Positions 1-13,130 are shown, counted from the stretch's first letter. The stretch: 64,000 nt of DNA from Octopus vulgaris (GCA_951406725.2 OX597830.1:45074001-45138000), one strand, 5' to 3'. The notes: a model not told the origin generated them from the sequence alone. Made by a program: numbers and translations.

Positions 1-2130
1 CTTCATTCTCCTCTTTTTCCTTTTCTCGGGCTCGTGGGATATTTTGACATAGGCCCTCGTACATGGACTTGCTGAAGTCCAGCCTTGGAGGGTCCATGTC
101 TGTGGAGTGGTAAGCCTTCAACATTTGAAGGTTACGCGAGTCAATAGTATAAATTGCAATACATTCCGGAAGCTTTACATAATGTTTTTTGTATTTCTCC
201 GCTGTCGGAATGGTTTTAAGTCGTGTCGTTAATTTTTAATTTTTTGCGTTAATCGCCACTAAGTAAAGTTTGTTTTATAATAATAATAATTGTGTACAGT
301 GCTCAGGTGCACTACAACTCATCTAAAGTGTATATATAATCAGGTGTAGTTTCGGCGGATTTCGGAAAGCATGAGGGCCTTAAAAGATGCAGTGTCATGG
401 CAGTCAACAACTGACGCAGGCAGTTTATTCCATGCTTCAGCAACTCTGAGCGTGAAAAAATGTTTCCGAAAGTCATGGGAGCTGTATTGTTTTCTGACTT
501 TGTAGGCATGTCCACGTGTGTTAGACACATGGAGATCAAAAAGGTGTTCAGTGTTGTTGTTGGTGAGGTGGTTGATAACTTTGTGGGTGATAACTTTTCT
601 GTCGCCATGTTTTGGGACTCTTTCTTAGGACTAGAAGGGAGGGATGATTTTCTGGGGCTGGGAGGAGGGGATATCCGGGGGCTGGAGCGGGGATATCAGT
701 GCTGAAAGGAGGGGATATCATCATTTTTTAGGTGAGTAGTGGATAGAAGGGGCAGTCTGTACTCCGTGTGTGTCTGCGTAGGGGAATTTTTTTGTTTGTG
801 CTGAGAGTTGAGGGGATGGGATTGGGATTCTTTCTTTTTGGGACCTTTCTACTTTTTACAACTGACCATTCGTATGCTGTTCCCTCACTCCTGGCTGGTT
901 GAATATTTTCACTTCTGGGAGTTTTGTGAGTTGACCTCCTGCCTCTCTGCCTTTTCTGTATTATTTTTTGTTGTCGTCTCCACCTTACGGGTAGGGCAAT
1001 TTGCCCGAATGTGGCCCTTTTCCACACACTCGTAGCAACGGGGTCTTCTCCCCTCTACCATTACCCGCATGATGGTTTCTTCTCCCAAGTAAATGTTCTT
1101 CGCAATCTCTTGCAGCGTTTGTGGGGGCCACTTGAATAATTACTTCTAGGCCCTGTCCCTTCCAGTTTTGCTGGTTGATCTTCGAGGCCTCCAGCACAAT
1201 AATTTTGTCTTCAAGCCCCATTATAAGGGCTGCCTATAACCAGGTAATATCTATTTCTGGCGGGATCTCGTCGACTGTTATGCGTGACGTGTGTCTGCTT
1301 AAATAAGTTGGCAGCAACACGATATCTGCTGTTTTTAATGGTTTTACTGAATGTATCCTTGCTTTCTCTTCGCTTTTGAAGTAGACCACAATGGTCGCGA
1401 ATCTTTTTCCCCTGGTCAGATTGGTTGGAAGCATTTCTCCAGATCCTCTTTTGACGCCTTACCGACTTTTTCCCTTTATAGTAAGGCTTTTAAACACTAT
1501 AATTTTTTTTGCAGTGTTTTCAATAATTTCACAAGGGAGGGTGTCTTTTGCATCATTTCCCTCCCCGGCAAAAATATTTTGGTGTTGCATTAGCGCTTCA
1601 GGTTCAATATTTAGCCTTTCTTTCTGAATGCCAGCCGCCGCTGCAAAATTAATTTTCTTAGGTTGTGCCATCAACTCTTCTGTCGTAGGCGCTTAAGATT
1701 TTCGAACTTTCAGATTCTTCAGCTTTCTTCCCGACACTGGGCATTTTTCTGCACTTTTCCATTTTATCCTCTTCAGAGGAAGTATTCATATTTTTTTGGG
1801 GAAAAAAAGAAACCAGATAATTAGTTAATTCTCCCCTCACAGAGTGGAATCAAGTCCACTACGTCTGCGAAACGCAGAACGTAATTGATATAAGAGAACA
1901 ACACAAGAAGAAAAGAGCTCAACAGTACCAGTAACGACAGCAGTTTCACCAAGCACACCAACAAAAATTCAATAATGCGATCCGGCAATATTAAAGTTAA
2001 ACAGGTAAACAAACAGTTTTTCATGCTGCAGGATGAATCCATTGTCAGGATGAATCCATTGTCAAAATGGGGGAAGCTAGGTGTTATTAGCCAGAACTGT
2101 GAGACAAATTGGCTAGACCTTAGCAAACCT
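1..2130 (-). mobile_element. Degenerate Tx1-clade LINE: 5' UTR and ORF1, running off the left edge of the window
   Basis: Broken frames 1459-1674 (KKINFAAAAG), 1234-1434 (RGKRFATIVVYF...PTYLSRHTSRITVDEIPPEID) and 985-1221 align with ORF1 of the element at 2882-8234. Bases 1-170 (-) translate as IYTIDSRNLQML...RLDFSKSMYEGL..IPRAREKEK, matching that ORF1 C-terminus (RLDFNKSIIHGL..IPREKEK). 5' boundary approximate. Confidence 0.75.
277..590 (-). mobile_element. CR1/L2-type LINE 3' fragment nested in the Tx1 ORF1
   Basis: NTRGHAYK...FRKHFFTLRVAEAWNKLP..VV..FK is a typical CR1/L2 ORF2 C-terminus; (ATT)n tail at ~277-291. Confidence 0.8.
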
Positions 2131-2709
2131 TTATAAGCAGAGATAATTGTACACCCAGTTTTTTTTTGTGACAGTTAAAGTTTTTCTGTGAGACAAGGTT
2201 CAATTGGATACTGGAAGCTATGATTTCCTAATTAGTTTATGTGCTTTGTGTTAGGCATTTACGGAATTATTTTATGCTCCAGGAATTCGCCAAAATTTTT
2301 TACTTGTCAGTTTTAAAATAATTTCTGTGTCACATCTGGGTGAGTACAAAAAAAATCTCTTAAGTTATAATATTTATGTGAATTTCGAACCCTGTATTTG
2401 TGGCAGGTTGTGTCGTAATTTTGCTAGCTATTTTCTGTTAAGATAAATATTGGAAAATGTGTATAAATAGCTGGAGGGTGTATGAATTACATTTTCATGT
2501 AGCCCATTTTTTTGTATTAGACAACTAACTGTAAATTTTGTCTAACTGTTACTCAGCATGCTTGTATGAAGCAGTTTGTGTGAATTTAAAACAAACTAGA
2601 TTCTGTAAATTTTGTCTAGCATGCTTGTATGAAGCAGTTTGTGTGAATTCAAAACAAACTAGATTTTTGTTTGACTATTTTTTAAAACTATAATTATTGA
2701 TGTAATCTG

Positions 2710-2881
2710 TTTCTTTATTACCCACAAGAGGCTAAACATAGAGGGGACAGACAAACGGATTAAGTCGATTACATCGACCCCACTGCGTAACTGGTACTTA
2801 ATTTATCGACCCCGAATGGATGAAAGGTAAAGTCGACCTCGGCGGAATTTGAACTCAGAACGTAATGACAGACGAAATACG
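2710..2881 (-). mobile_element. tRNA-derived SINE (family A), 3' part; split by the Tx1 insertion
   Basis: Box B-like GAGTTCAAATTCC, core and tail match the intact copy at 50269-50499. Degenerate TSD ttattgatgtaatctg (2694-2709) / ttattgacgtagtctg (8300-8315). Confidence 0.88.
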
Positions 2882-3219
2882 AATTTCTTTATTGCCCACC
2901 GGGGACCAAACATAGATATGGACAGTACAACTGATGGGATCAGTGAATCGATATGATTTTACATAAATGTAACTTTAAAATAAAATACAATACATAAAAA
3001 ATTGAATGGAATACACACTACAAAAACAATACAAATGAAGCGATGATCAGGTCACGATCCGATCCCACAAGCCCCGATCTACCGCTGATACCTTTTTTCC
3101 CCTTTTTTTCCCGTCTATTCACACGGTTCCTTGCACACACAACACTCGTGCAACATGCTTCCATCTCTTTTGAAACGTACACTCCGACAGACACCTCTTC
3201 TCCAGTCACAGTTTCCTTT

Positions 3220-6200
3220 TCAAATGAAAAGAAAAAAAAAAGATCGTAAATTGTGACCAGAGATAAAATTGCCTGTCTTAATTCCTTTTATCCTCGTCTT
3301 CCATACTGCCTCTTTTGTTATTGCTACAACCGTGAGAAAACAATTCTTACCTTCGTTCGTTAGAACTCCCGGTGGGTCAATTTTTATAATTGACTCAGTC
3401 GACAGCTGTACTCTTCCTTCGCCGGACACCAGGTGTTCAGCATAAGCCCACATTTCAGTTATCTACGGACACTGAACAATAGCATGAGGGACGGTTTCCC
3501 TGTCCCCCCCCCGCATCTTGGACAGGTCGGCGACTGACGTTTAGCATGTCTTGTGAGCTTATCCCAAACAGGCAAGGCACCTCTGTAGCATTGCCAGGTT
3601 CAGGACTTTTGGAAGTTGTCCAACGTTCTCAACCCGAATGTACGATGAAACAGGCTGTCCAGTTGAATAAATCCGAGACCTAGAGTCGACCCCAGGCCGT
3701 CGTCGCATTCAGACTCTACCAACCCGTGTGGAACCCCCACCGCTGGCGTTGCCCGAGCGCCGGAACAGCAAAAGGGCCTTATGGCACTCTTTATGCCACT
3801 CACTCGACCTCGGTCTACGAGAACGCCAGGCTTCCTGTTCGCAAAAACTCTTGAACTCAGGGAACATTTGTCTGGCTAGCGGAGACCACACCCGTTCACT
3901 ATTCAGGAGAATCCAGAGGTGCCTCAACCTCAACGCATGTCTGCGCATCATTAACCAAGGCATCCCTAAACATCCCTTTAAAGGCTTTTGACAGCAGACA
4001 GAGCGTTTCACAAGTGGCGACCTGCCCTTCCACAAAAAGCGAAAGAGCTGTCTCTCCAATCTGATCAACCACGAATCCGGACAGGGCACGCCGGTAAGAC
4101 GGTGGGTAATGACCGATGCCGTAAACACATTGGCCACCTCCACCCTCCCTTTCAGGGATAGCCACCGCCAAGACCAGGTCTTGAGTACTGTAGCCACCCT
4201 GCTCAATACCTCCGTCCAGTTCTTCTCTATCAGGAGGCCTGGTCCAAACCAGACTCCCAGCAACTTGACCGGTCCCTCCGTCCAGCGCCCAACAACGCTG
4301 TCTGAAGGCATCGACTTGCCAACCCAGGTGCCGAGCTGCAAGCCGACCGACTTTTCCCGGTTAATCTTTGCTCCTGCTACCTCCTCGTAAGCCTCAATAG
4401 TCTTACCTACTTCACGTAGGCGTGCTACTGTGGTTACACTGATAGTGATATCATCCGCGAAAGCCGTAACAAACTCCTCTAGTCCTGGTTCTCTCGGGAT
4501 GCCATTCAACCTTCGCAGTAATGGCTCGAGAGCCATCACATACAAAAGTGGTGAAAGCGGACATCCTTGACGAACCGAGCGTTTGTTGCAGAACGGCTTC
4601 GAAAGGAAACCGTTCACCCGAACTATCGAGTCAATGTTGTGGTACAAAGCGATAAACCACCTGAGGAAGCCAAGACCCAGGCCAAACCGCGCAAGTACAG
4701 TCGCTAGGTATCGATGGTCAACCCTATCAAAAACTTTAGACTGGTCCAAATGCACCAATGCCCCACCTTTGCCATATTTATTACCAACCCTCTCTATGGT
4801 GTAGCGAATAAGATGGAGGGTATCTTGAATAGTTCTGCCTGGGATGGCACATGTCTGTGCCTCCCCGACTATATCATTCGTGACACGCACCAACCTTTTT
4901 GCTAGAACCTTAGCCAAAATCTTCACTTCTGTGTTTAACAGAGTGATGGGCCTGAAATTCTCTAGAACGTCCCCCTTGTCCGGGTCCTTTCTGACTAACG
5001 TCACTACTCTCCGGCGCTCAGTTCTGGGGATAAACCCATTCTGTTTCCAGTTCGCGTACACGTCAGTCAGTAGTTGCCCGAACAAGTCTGACATACATTT
5101 ATACAGCTCGTACGGAAGACCATCAAGTCCCGGCGACTTACCCGCTTTACAATCGGCCAAAGCCTCCATCACCTCCTCAGGCGTGATTGGCCCTTCGTAA
5201 GACTCTGCATCCGACCCCGAGAGGCACGGCAGCCCGGCAAGAAAGTCCTCGAGGGCTCTCCCACCACCAGGACCGCCGTCACCCCCGAACAACGGGGCGA
5301 AGTACTCCCGAAAGACCTCACACATTTTCTCGGGTTCGTTTACCAAGACACCATTTTGATTCGTCAAAGACTGGATAGAGGAACTATTTCCTTGCCGAGC
5401 TTCCACCACTCGGGCCAATCCAGCGGCCTTGATTCCTTCACTTCTCATTACACGTAACTTAGCTCTGGCAATACTTCCCATGTGGCGGGCTTCAAGATGC
5501 TGGTTTAACTCCAGTCTTTTCACCCTCGCTTGGTCTGCATTGCCAGTCCTCCGGGCTTCTAGTTCCTTAACTAGACCATCTCCTATTTTACGTCCCTTCT
5601 TAGCTAAACTTATGCTAAGCCTAATAGACTCATATTTGATGGCTCTTTTTGGGGCGTACCACCATTTGTTATTAATGATGGTACCTGTTAATGCCCTCTG
5701 TATTAACATCTTGATCCACTTTCTGTACTCCTCAATCGCCAAAAGGGACGTATTGAGTTTCCAGTAGCCAGATCCCTGTCTATGCAACTTATCTACCGTC
5801 AGTTTACAGGTAACCAGCTTGTGTTTACTGTAGCTGACTAGAAAAAACTGTGGACACTCAACTATGGACTTATCTTTTTCTCTAATTAAAATCCTATCTA
5901 GATATGTTCTGGTAGACCCGTCACTATTTAACCACGTCCACTGTGGAGTGTTCGGGTGTTCCAACCTATATTGATCTGCTAGCTGAAATTGACTTAGCAG
6001 ATCACGAAAGCCTGGGTTACATTTTCTGTTCATGTTCGAGCTCGAGCCAACACCATCTGTGTGTGCTGCACATATTGTATTAGAGTCTCCTAACAGTACT
6101 AGTGAATGCGACGTGGCTAGGAACTTTCCCAGGTCACGAAAATATTCAGTTTGCGGGCCAATAATGTTTGGTGCGTAAATAGCGACCAGCCTGATTTTCT

Positions 6201-6507
6201 TGCCACAACTGAATGTCAAGTCGAGAACGACCAACCTGCCTTCTGGGTCAGAAAAAACCAACTTTTTCTGGGCTACCCGGTTTCCTTTTAATAGGACCAA
6301 CACCCCACCACGACCTCCAGCCCGACTCGGAGAAACGTATTTCTCGTAGCCGTTCAGGAGGGGGAGCAGATCTCTTGGCCCCTTCACCCGGGTTTCCGTT
6401 GCAACAATTATATCCAAATTTCTCGACCTGATGTCATTTAGAAAGCGTCCTTGCTTCCAGCTTGACATCAGGCCACGAACATTTATACAACCAATGTGAA
6501 TAGACAT
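3220..6507 (-). pseudogene. Tx1 ORF2: APE endonuclease + reverse transcriptase + C-terminal CCHC finger; frameshifted near the C-terminus
   Basis: 932-aa ORF 3709-6507 has INVRG, IYAPN, GDSN, YLDR, WKLN, KSPGLDG, FRPITLLN, RQGCPLSP and FADD. It continues in shifted frames (CPRC..ETVPHAIVQC at ~3470-3525; ORF 3220-3453). Confidence 0.9.
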
Positions 6508-6518
6508 GACTTACCTGT

Positions 6519-8082
6519 TTAATCAGGATTGTCCGGTGGAGGGGGACCCTCCACCTTTTTTTGATCCAGGGTCGGAGGTGGACGGTCTTGGGAAATAGAT
6601 TTGTCAAAATCCCGTCTTACCACCGACACAGAATTATCAGGTAGAGAGGGAGTGTCCACCTTTTCCTTTTCTCGCGGGATCGGGGCTGGTAATCCATGAA
6701 TTATCGACTTGTTAAAATCTAATCTCAATGAAGATACTGTCTTTCTGTATTTGTTTTGTAAAATTCTATGAGTCTTATTTGAGACTTCATATATGTCGTA
6801 ATTGATAAATTCCTCTGAAAGGTTATCTATTTTTTTACAGTCTTTATCAGTTGAATGTCTCTCATGAGCCAAGTATCTTTAGTGTATACGGCTATTATGC
6901 CTTTTTCTTCTTTTTCTCTACTGGCAGTCTTTTTTGGTCGTTGTTCTGTAGTAGTCTCCGCTCTCGGTTGAGTTGCTGGTTGTATTTTCCTTTTGTTTGT
7001 TGTTTTTTTCTCATCTGTTTCTTCTTTTTCTTCTCCCTCTTTGTCTTTTTCTCCTCTTCCTCCTCTTCCTCCTCTTCCTCATTTTCCTTGCAGTTCCTTC
7101 GAATGTGGCCTAATTGACCACATAAAAAACATCGAGGTTTTCGGCCCTCAACAAACACCACGAGGTTCTCCTCCCCTATCTCAATTGTCTCGGGAATTGC
7201 TTGAATTATTTTAGGGTCGGCTTGAATGAGGAGATTAATTGTTTGACCATCCCAGTGTGCGTTTTCGGTAGCGGTAGCCTGGAGGAGAGTAATTTTTTCT
7301 TCCTCGTTGATTAGGACTGCTGCCAACAACCACATAGGGTCCACTTCCGGTGGGACCCTTGTAATTTTTATTCTGGACGTTCTCATCCCCATATAATAGG
7401 GGATGAGCTCCCCGTCGTTCATTAACAGCGTTTCTACTGAGTTCTTGTGTGCTATTTCTTTATTGGTGAACCTTATTTCCACCGTTCCGAATTTCTTGCC
7501 TCTTCTCAGATAAACTACGTCGCCCCATATTGGCTTTAAGCACTTTTCTATTTTCTCTTCTGACATTCTTTCAATCTTCCTTTTTTGTAAACAATATGTT
7601 TTGAAAATTATTGTTTTTTGTTTTTCTTATTGTAGTAACTTTTCCGGAGGTTCAATTTTCATAACGTTGTCAGGTATTTTCATCATTTGGCTGTATTTCA
7701 TAAAGTCGCTCTTATTCGTCGACAGCAGCCGGGTTCCACCCCCAGCTGCCAGCGCAAAACTTTTCCCCCCATTTTTTGGTTCTGTCTGGATGCTAGGTGC
7801 ATCAATTATTCTTTTCAACACGATGCCTTTGTTCTCTGGCAAAGTCGGAAACTCTTCTGGTGAAAGTTCTGACGAGCTTTCGGACACATCTCCAAAAAAA
7901 TCAAATATATTATCTATTCTGCTATTCTTTCTTGTAGCGGGGGAAACCCTTATTTCCCTGTCTGTAGTTGGCTCCTCGCCGGACATGTATTTCCTCCTCT
8001 CAACAGGAGAAACAAGTATTTCTGTTCCAACGGTAGGCTCCATGCTAGACGACATTCTTCCTCCCAAAGAGGGAATGAACAA
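6519..8082 (-). pseudogene. Tx1 ORF1 (gag-like nucleic-acid-binding protein), disrupted
   Basis: CX2CX4HX4C knuckle CFLCGQLGHIRRNC. In-frame stop at 7627-7629 separates 7627-8082 from 6895-7566; a frameshift leads to 6519-6872, which ends 11 bp before the ORF2 ATG. Confidence 0.82.
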
Positions 8083-8234
8083 CGCGTGCTACTACAAGCA
8101 CTAAGTGTTTTCAAATGAAAACTCCAACAGTTAAGTTATTCAACAGTTTAACAAGAAACAACAGTTATTAGAAACAGCAGTAATTAACAATATTAACACC
8201 AAGAAACAGCAATTTTTACCACGAACACATGTGC

Positions 8235-8297
8235 GACAGACGAAATACGGCTACGCATTACGCCCGGCGTGCTAACGTTTCGGCCAGCTCGCCGCCT
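8235..8297 (-). mobile_element. SINE family A, 5' head (box A part), continuation of 2710-2881
   Basis: Minus strand aggcggcgagctggccgaaacgttagcacgccgggcgtaatgcgtagccgtatttcgtctgtc matches the head at 50270-50332. Confidence 0.88.
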
Positions 8298-8520
8298 ATT
8301 TATTGACGTAGTCTGGCAGCCTTTTTGTGTCATGAACTTTGAGTTTAAATTGTTGCTTTGACATTAGATTTATTCATGTTTAAGTCCAAGATTCGAAATC
8401 CGAGGTTCGAAAACCGAATTTGTGAGGCTAGGTTTTGAGCGAGGCCAATTTTGGTGAAACCAGAGTTACGAATCTTGTGAAACTAAAGTTGGTGAAGCCG
8501 GGTTTCTGAGTCCGAATTTC

Positions 8521-8531
8521 TCTTTCTCTCT

Positions 8532-8602
<71 letters not shown>
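8521..8602. repeat. (CT)n(TA)n microsatellite
   Basis: Direct inspection. Confidence 0.95.
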
Positions 8603-8605
<3 letters not shown>

Positions 8606-8777
8606 CCTTTATAAATATTTTGACTGCACGTCTAGTGTAGCATTAATTTATATTTGCTCGTATATATTTGTTTTGTATGTAGGCTGTTTTGTTATGCTGA
8701 CACTCAATTGTTAATATTTTACAAAAAACTTTATGGTGTGTTGGTTGGGTAAATTAGGGTTATGGCCACCAGGTCGT

Positions 8778-8824
<47 letters not shown>

Positions 8825-9322
8825 AAAAAATGAATAGAAATCGCTTTTCTGATAATTTTCCCACTTTAATAATTAAATGTTTATAAGTTATTAAGTGATC
8901 TAGTAACTTATAAACATCTAATTATCAGTAAGACTAAACATCTCACTTCTTGAATTTAAGCAGACCTCCCCATCCCGTGATCCTTGATCCTTGCCCTCCC
9001 CATCCCGTGAAAATTTTTTGATCCGTGCCCTCTCAGCCAACCAAAGTTTGCATCGTTTGTTCCCGTAGCGGTATGGTCCAGGCTGTTTCACGAGCTTTTC
9101 TTTGATCCTGTATGGTATTCCCTCTTCGGAAGGGATTTCTCTTCGAAAACTTTCGATTCAGGGATTTTTTCACAATCTTGGTGGCTGTATTCTTACATCC
9201 ATCAGCTAGGGGGCTATGTACCTTCGGTTAGCAGGTCTGTGAAAGCGCACAAATTGTTAAGAGCAATAATAGACGTGGAACCAATGGTAACTTCCTGACC
9301 GGCTATAATCAACGACTACATT

Positions 9323-9340
9323 GTGTGTGTATATATATAT

Positions 9341-9435
<95 letters not shown>

Positions 9436-9445
9436 ACACACACAC

Positions 9446-9500
<55 letters not shown>
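9323..9500. repeat. (CA)n/(TA)n compound microsatellite
   Basis: Direct inspection. Confidence 0.95.
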
Positions 9501-9504
<4 letters not shown>

Positions 9505-9833
9505 TTCGTGTGGCACTCCATCGGTTACGACAACGAGAGTTCCAATTGATCTGATCAACGAAACAGCTTGCTCGCGAAATTAACGTGCAAGTGGCTGAGC
9601 ACTCTACAGGCACGTGTACCCTTAACGTAGTTCTCAGGGAGATTCAGCGTGACATATTTTGTGACAAAGCTGACCCTTTGAAATGCGGGTGCCGCTCATT
9701 TTTGCCAGCTGACTAGACTGGAGCAACATGAAATAAAGTGTCTTGCTTAAGGACACGACGCATCGCCTGGAATTGAACTCACGACCTTACGATCGTGAGC
9801 CGAATGCCATATCCACTAAGCCACGCGCGTTCA
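9500..9833 (-). mobile_element. tRNA-derived SINE (family C; CORE-like central domain)
   Basis: Head tggcttagtgg (box A)...gagttcaattcc (box B). Central gcaagacactttatttcatgttgctccagt is shared with 36648-36990. Confidence 0.75.
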
Positions 9834-9847
9834 CTTATATACATACA

Positions 9848-10219
9848 CTAGCAGTATTGCCCGGCGTTGCTCGGGTTTGTAAGGGAAATAACTATAAAGC
9901 ATTTTTAGAGAGTTATAGCCAAAAAATAGAAAAAAAATGATGGTAAATTTGTTTTTTAGTTAAAAAGGTCGAGTTGCGTCCCCTAGACAGTCTGTGGTTT
10001 GTGTTTCTGATTCTCGACCCCATGTCGAATTTATCGATTTTTTTCAGAACTGGGGGAACTTTTCAAAATTTTCGCTGCGTTAGTTTTGAATTATGACATT
10101 GGGCTATGTGTGTGTCAAGTTTCATCAGAATCGGTTGAAAGCCGTGGTCAGGGTGAGGGTACAACCTAACAGACACACAGAAACACACACAGACAAACTG
10201 CCGTTTATATATAGAGAGA
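9848..10219 (-). mobile_element. Non-autonomous Helitron nested next to the SINE head
   Basis: 5' TC, subterminal hairpin cccgagcaacgccggg, 3' CTAG, A|T insertion site; near-identical to 12316-12699. Confidence 0.85.
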
Positions 10220-10603
10220 TATAAACATGTATTCTTTCATGTGTGTAAGTATGTATGTTAGTGTGAGTGTTTGCGTGTGTATGTATGTATGTGTGTATCT
10301 GCATGTGTGTGTGTATGTGCATGTGCACGTGCGCGTACGTACAATGTATAAGTTAAACTCATTATTTTTTTTTGTCAGATTAGTAATTCTGTTTTAAACA
10401 GAATCAATTACATATCCATCGAACCTTCTCAACATACGAGTCTAACTTCCCGTCTGATTGTATTGTAATCATCGGCAGCTTTGACTGTTATACAAAACAG
10501 CCAAATCTCCATCAAATCACACCCAACCGTTTTTAAATTGGAAGGATGCATCATTGGATAACCTAATGAGAGGTACGCTGTGCCTAGAAATAGATAGGAA
10601 AAG

Positions 10604-11263
10604 ACGGTGTGTTTACGGACGGAATGCCTTTCATCATAGGTTTCCTCAACTGAAAGCAACATAGGGCTAAAATAACATCAACAGACGTATTAAAAGAGAG
10701 TGCTGAGTGGAAACAATACATAATTGTAGAGAGTCACGGTGTGTTTACGGACGGAATGCCTTTTGTCATAGGTTTCCTCAACTGAAAGCAACATAGGGCT
10801 AAAACAACATCAACAGACATATTAAAAGAGAGTGCTGAGTGGAAACAATACATAATTGTAGAGAGTCACGGTGTGTTTACGGACGGAATGCCTTTTGTCA
10901 TAGGTTTCCTCAACTGAAAGCAACATAGGGCTAAAATAACATCAACAGACGTATTAAAAGAGAGTGCTGAGTGGAAACAATACATAATTGTAGAGAGTCA
11001 CGGTGTGTTTACGGACGGAATGCCTTTTGTCATAGGTTTCCTCAACTGAAAGCAACATAGGGCTAAAACAACATCAACAGACATATTAAAAGAGAGTGCT
11101 GAGTGGAAACAATACATAATTGTAGAGAGTCACGGTGTGTTTACGGACGGAATGCCTTTTGTCATAGGTTTCCTCAACTGAAAGCAACATAGGGCTAAAA
11201 CAACATCAACAGACATATTAAAAGAGAGTGCTGAGTGGAAACTATACATAATTGTAGAAAGTC
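10604..11263. repeat. Minisatellite, 5 x 132 bp
   Basis: acggtgtgtttacggacggaatgcc starts at 10604, 10736, 10868, 11000 and 11132. Confidence 0.95.
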
Positions 11264-12315
11264 ATACTGCACTGTACACCATTCAAGTCATCATTGCATG
11301 TTGGAAATTGCTGGATCTGTTAGAGGTATCTGTAACCAATACGTCTGAGTCGGTCCGAGTCCCATAGAATCACAGAACACCACCGTGAATATCCCCACCA
11401 AAAGGGAGAAATATATGGCTTCCTTGAATTTTGCGTCGGAGTAGAGACCTTTGAAAACAATCTTGCCCGCCTAACAAAATTTCTGCAGGCCTTCCTGGGA
11501 ATGTGTAGTATAGTTGACAAAGACATAACATATCAGGAAAATGGTCCCAAGATCGTGCTTACATAGACTACTTGCTCACTATATGACAACTCGACGAGGC
11601 AGACCTGAGGCTATACAACGATAACACCGAGAACACAGAAGCCTCTATTTGGTCGTTCGAACTGCAAGAAAAAGCAGCTAAATGTTACCCATGTAACCTA
11701 GCGTCATAAAAAAGAGGGGCGCATCGCATATTATTGTACTTGATATAGAGCATACCAATAGATTGCACCGTGCAGGGCGATACTTGAGTTGGCTATCCCT
11801 CACTGAAAAATACCATATGCATCACAATTTTTTCCATCTGCCCTTATTTACGCTCGTAGATTCTATGTCTGTTTGATGAGGGGGCTGGTACTAACCAACA
11901 GTAGTTCAGTAACGCAACTGCTGCTGTTGTTGGTAGGAACAACATTACATATACACCTTCAGATTTAGCTTTCTTATACTCTAGGGATAATCTTATCTCG
12001 GTTTCTCAATTTAGCTTCAAGACGGAACAGCAGGACATGCTGTGATTCTCTATGGCTTTCATTCCTGTTGTTTAGTGCAGATTCATAATACTTCGAGCGA
12101 CCACGATGAGTACGAGTGTGTGAGTGCGTGTGTGTGTCTATGCATCAGTGTTGGAGTGTGTGTATACGTCAGTATGAGTGTGTGTGTATGTCTGTGTGAG
12201 TGTCTGTGAGTATGTGTGAATGTATTGTGTGTGAGTGCATATGGGCCTGTGTGTGTGTATATATATGATGAGTAAATGCGTGTGTGTGTCTATGTATGTG
12301 GTGTGTACATATATA

Positions 12316-12699
12316 TCTCTCTCTATATAAACGGCAGTTTGTCTGTGTGTGTTTCTGTGTGTCTGTTAGGTTGTACCCTCACCCTGACCACGGCTTTCAA
12401 CCGATTCTGATGAAACTTGACACACACATAGCCCAATGTCATAATTCAAAACTAACGCAGCGAAAATTTTGAAAAGTTCCCCCAGTTCTGAACAAAATCG
12501 ATAAATTCGACATGGGGTCGAGAATCAGAAACACAAACCGCAAACTGTCTAGGGGACGCAACTCCACCTTTTTTTACTCTCAAAAAAATTTACCATCATT
12601 TTTTTCATTTTTTTTTGCTATTTTTGGGCTATAACTCTCTAAAAATGCTTTATAGTTATTTCCCTTACAAACCCGAGCAACGCCGGGCGATACTGCTAG
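12316..12699 (+). mobile_element. Non-autonomous Helitron
   Basis: a|TCTCT...cccgagcaacgccgggcgatactgCTAG|t. Confidence 0.85.
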
Positions 12700-12756
<57 letters not shown>

Positions 12757-13083
12757 ATACATATACTTTCAAATAAATACATAATACACACGCGCATACA
12801 TATAACATGAAGTACATGAATGTAAATATAACTTTCGTATTAATTTAGTCCACCTTGAAGAAGGGTTGTTTTCGAATAAATCGGCTCCAGCACCTATTTG
12901 AGGTACTTATGCAATCGTTCTCTTTTGCTGAACCACGAACTTAGGGCTTCTCTACAGTTTCCATAGACTCAGTTTTACTCACAAACCATGGACTGACTCA
13001 TGTCTATTGAAAAACACTTACCGGAGACACTAAGCAGTGGGACGTCGTGATTGCGATTCGAACTTCTTATCTATATGACTATG

Positions 13084-13130
<47 letters not shown>

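Larger units (their letters stand above)
2882..8234 (-). mobile_element. Near full-length Tx1-clade (L1 group) non-LTR retrotransposon, ~5.35 kb
   Basis: 5' UTR, ORF1 with zinc knuckle, ORF2 (APE-RT-zinc finger) and 3' UTR. Perfect 15-bp TSD gacagacgaaatacg at 2867-2881 and 8235-8249. Confidence 0.9.

Noticed and set aside
277-2130. Chimeric element made of a Tx1 ORF1 and a CR1 tail
   Set aside because: Tx1 ORF1 homology resumes at 1-270, so the CR1 piece is a nested insertion.
3709-6507. Active or domesticated Tx1 ORF2
   Set aside because: C-terminal frameshifts, altered endonuclease motifs (GDSN; SKH where DH is expected) and a broken ORF1.
10604-11263. CRISPR-like appearance of the 132-bp and 107-bp arrays
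   Set aside because: Whole units are repeated with no unique spacers, there are no cas genes and the context is eukaryotic.
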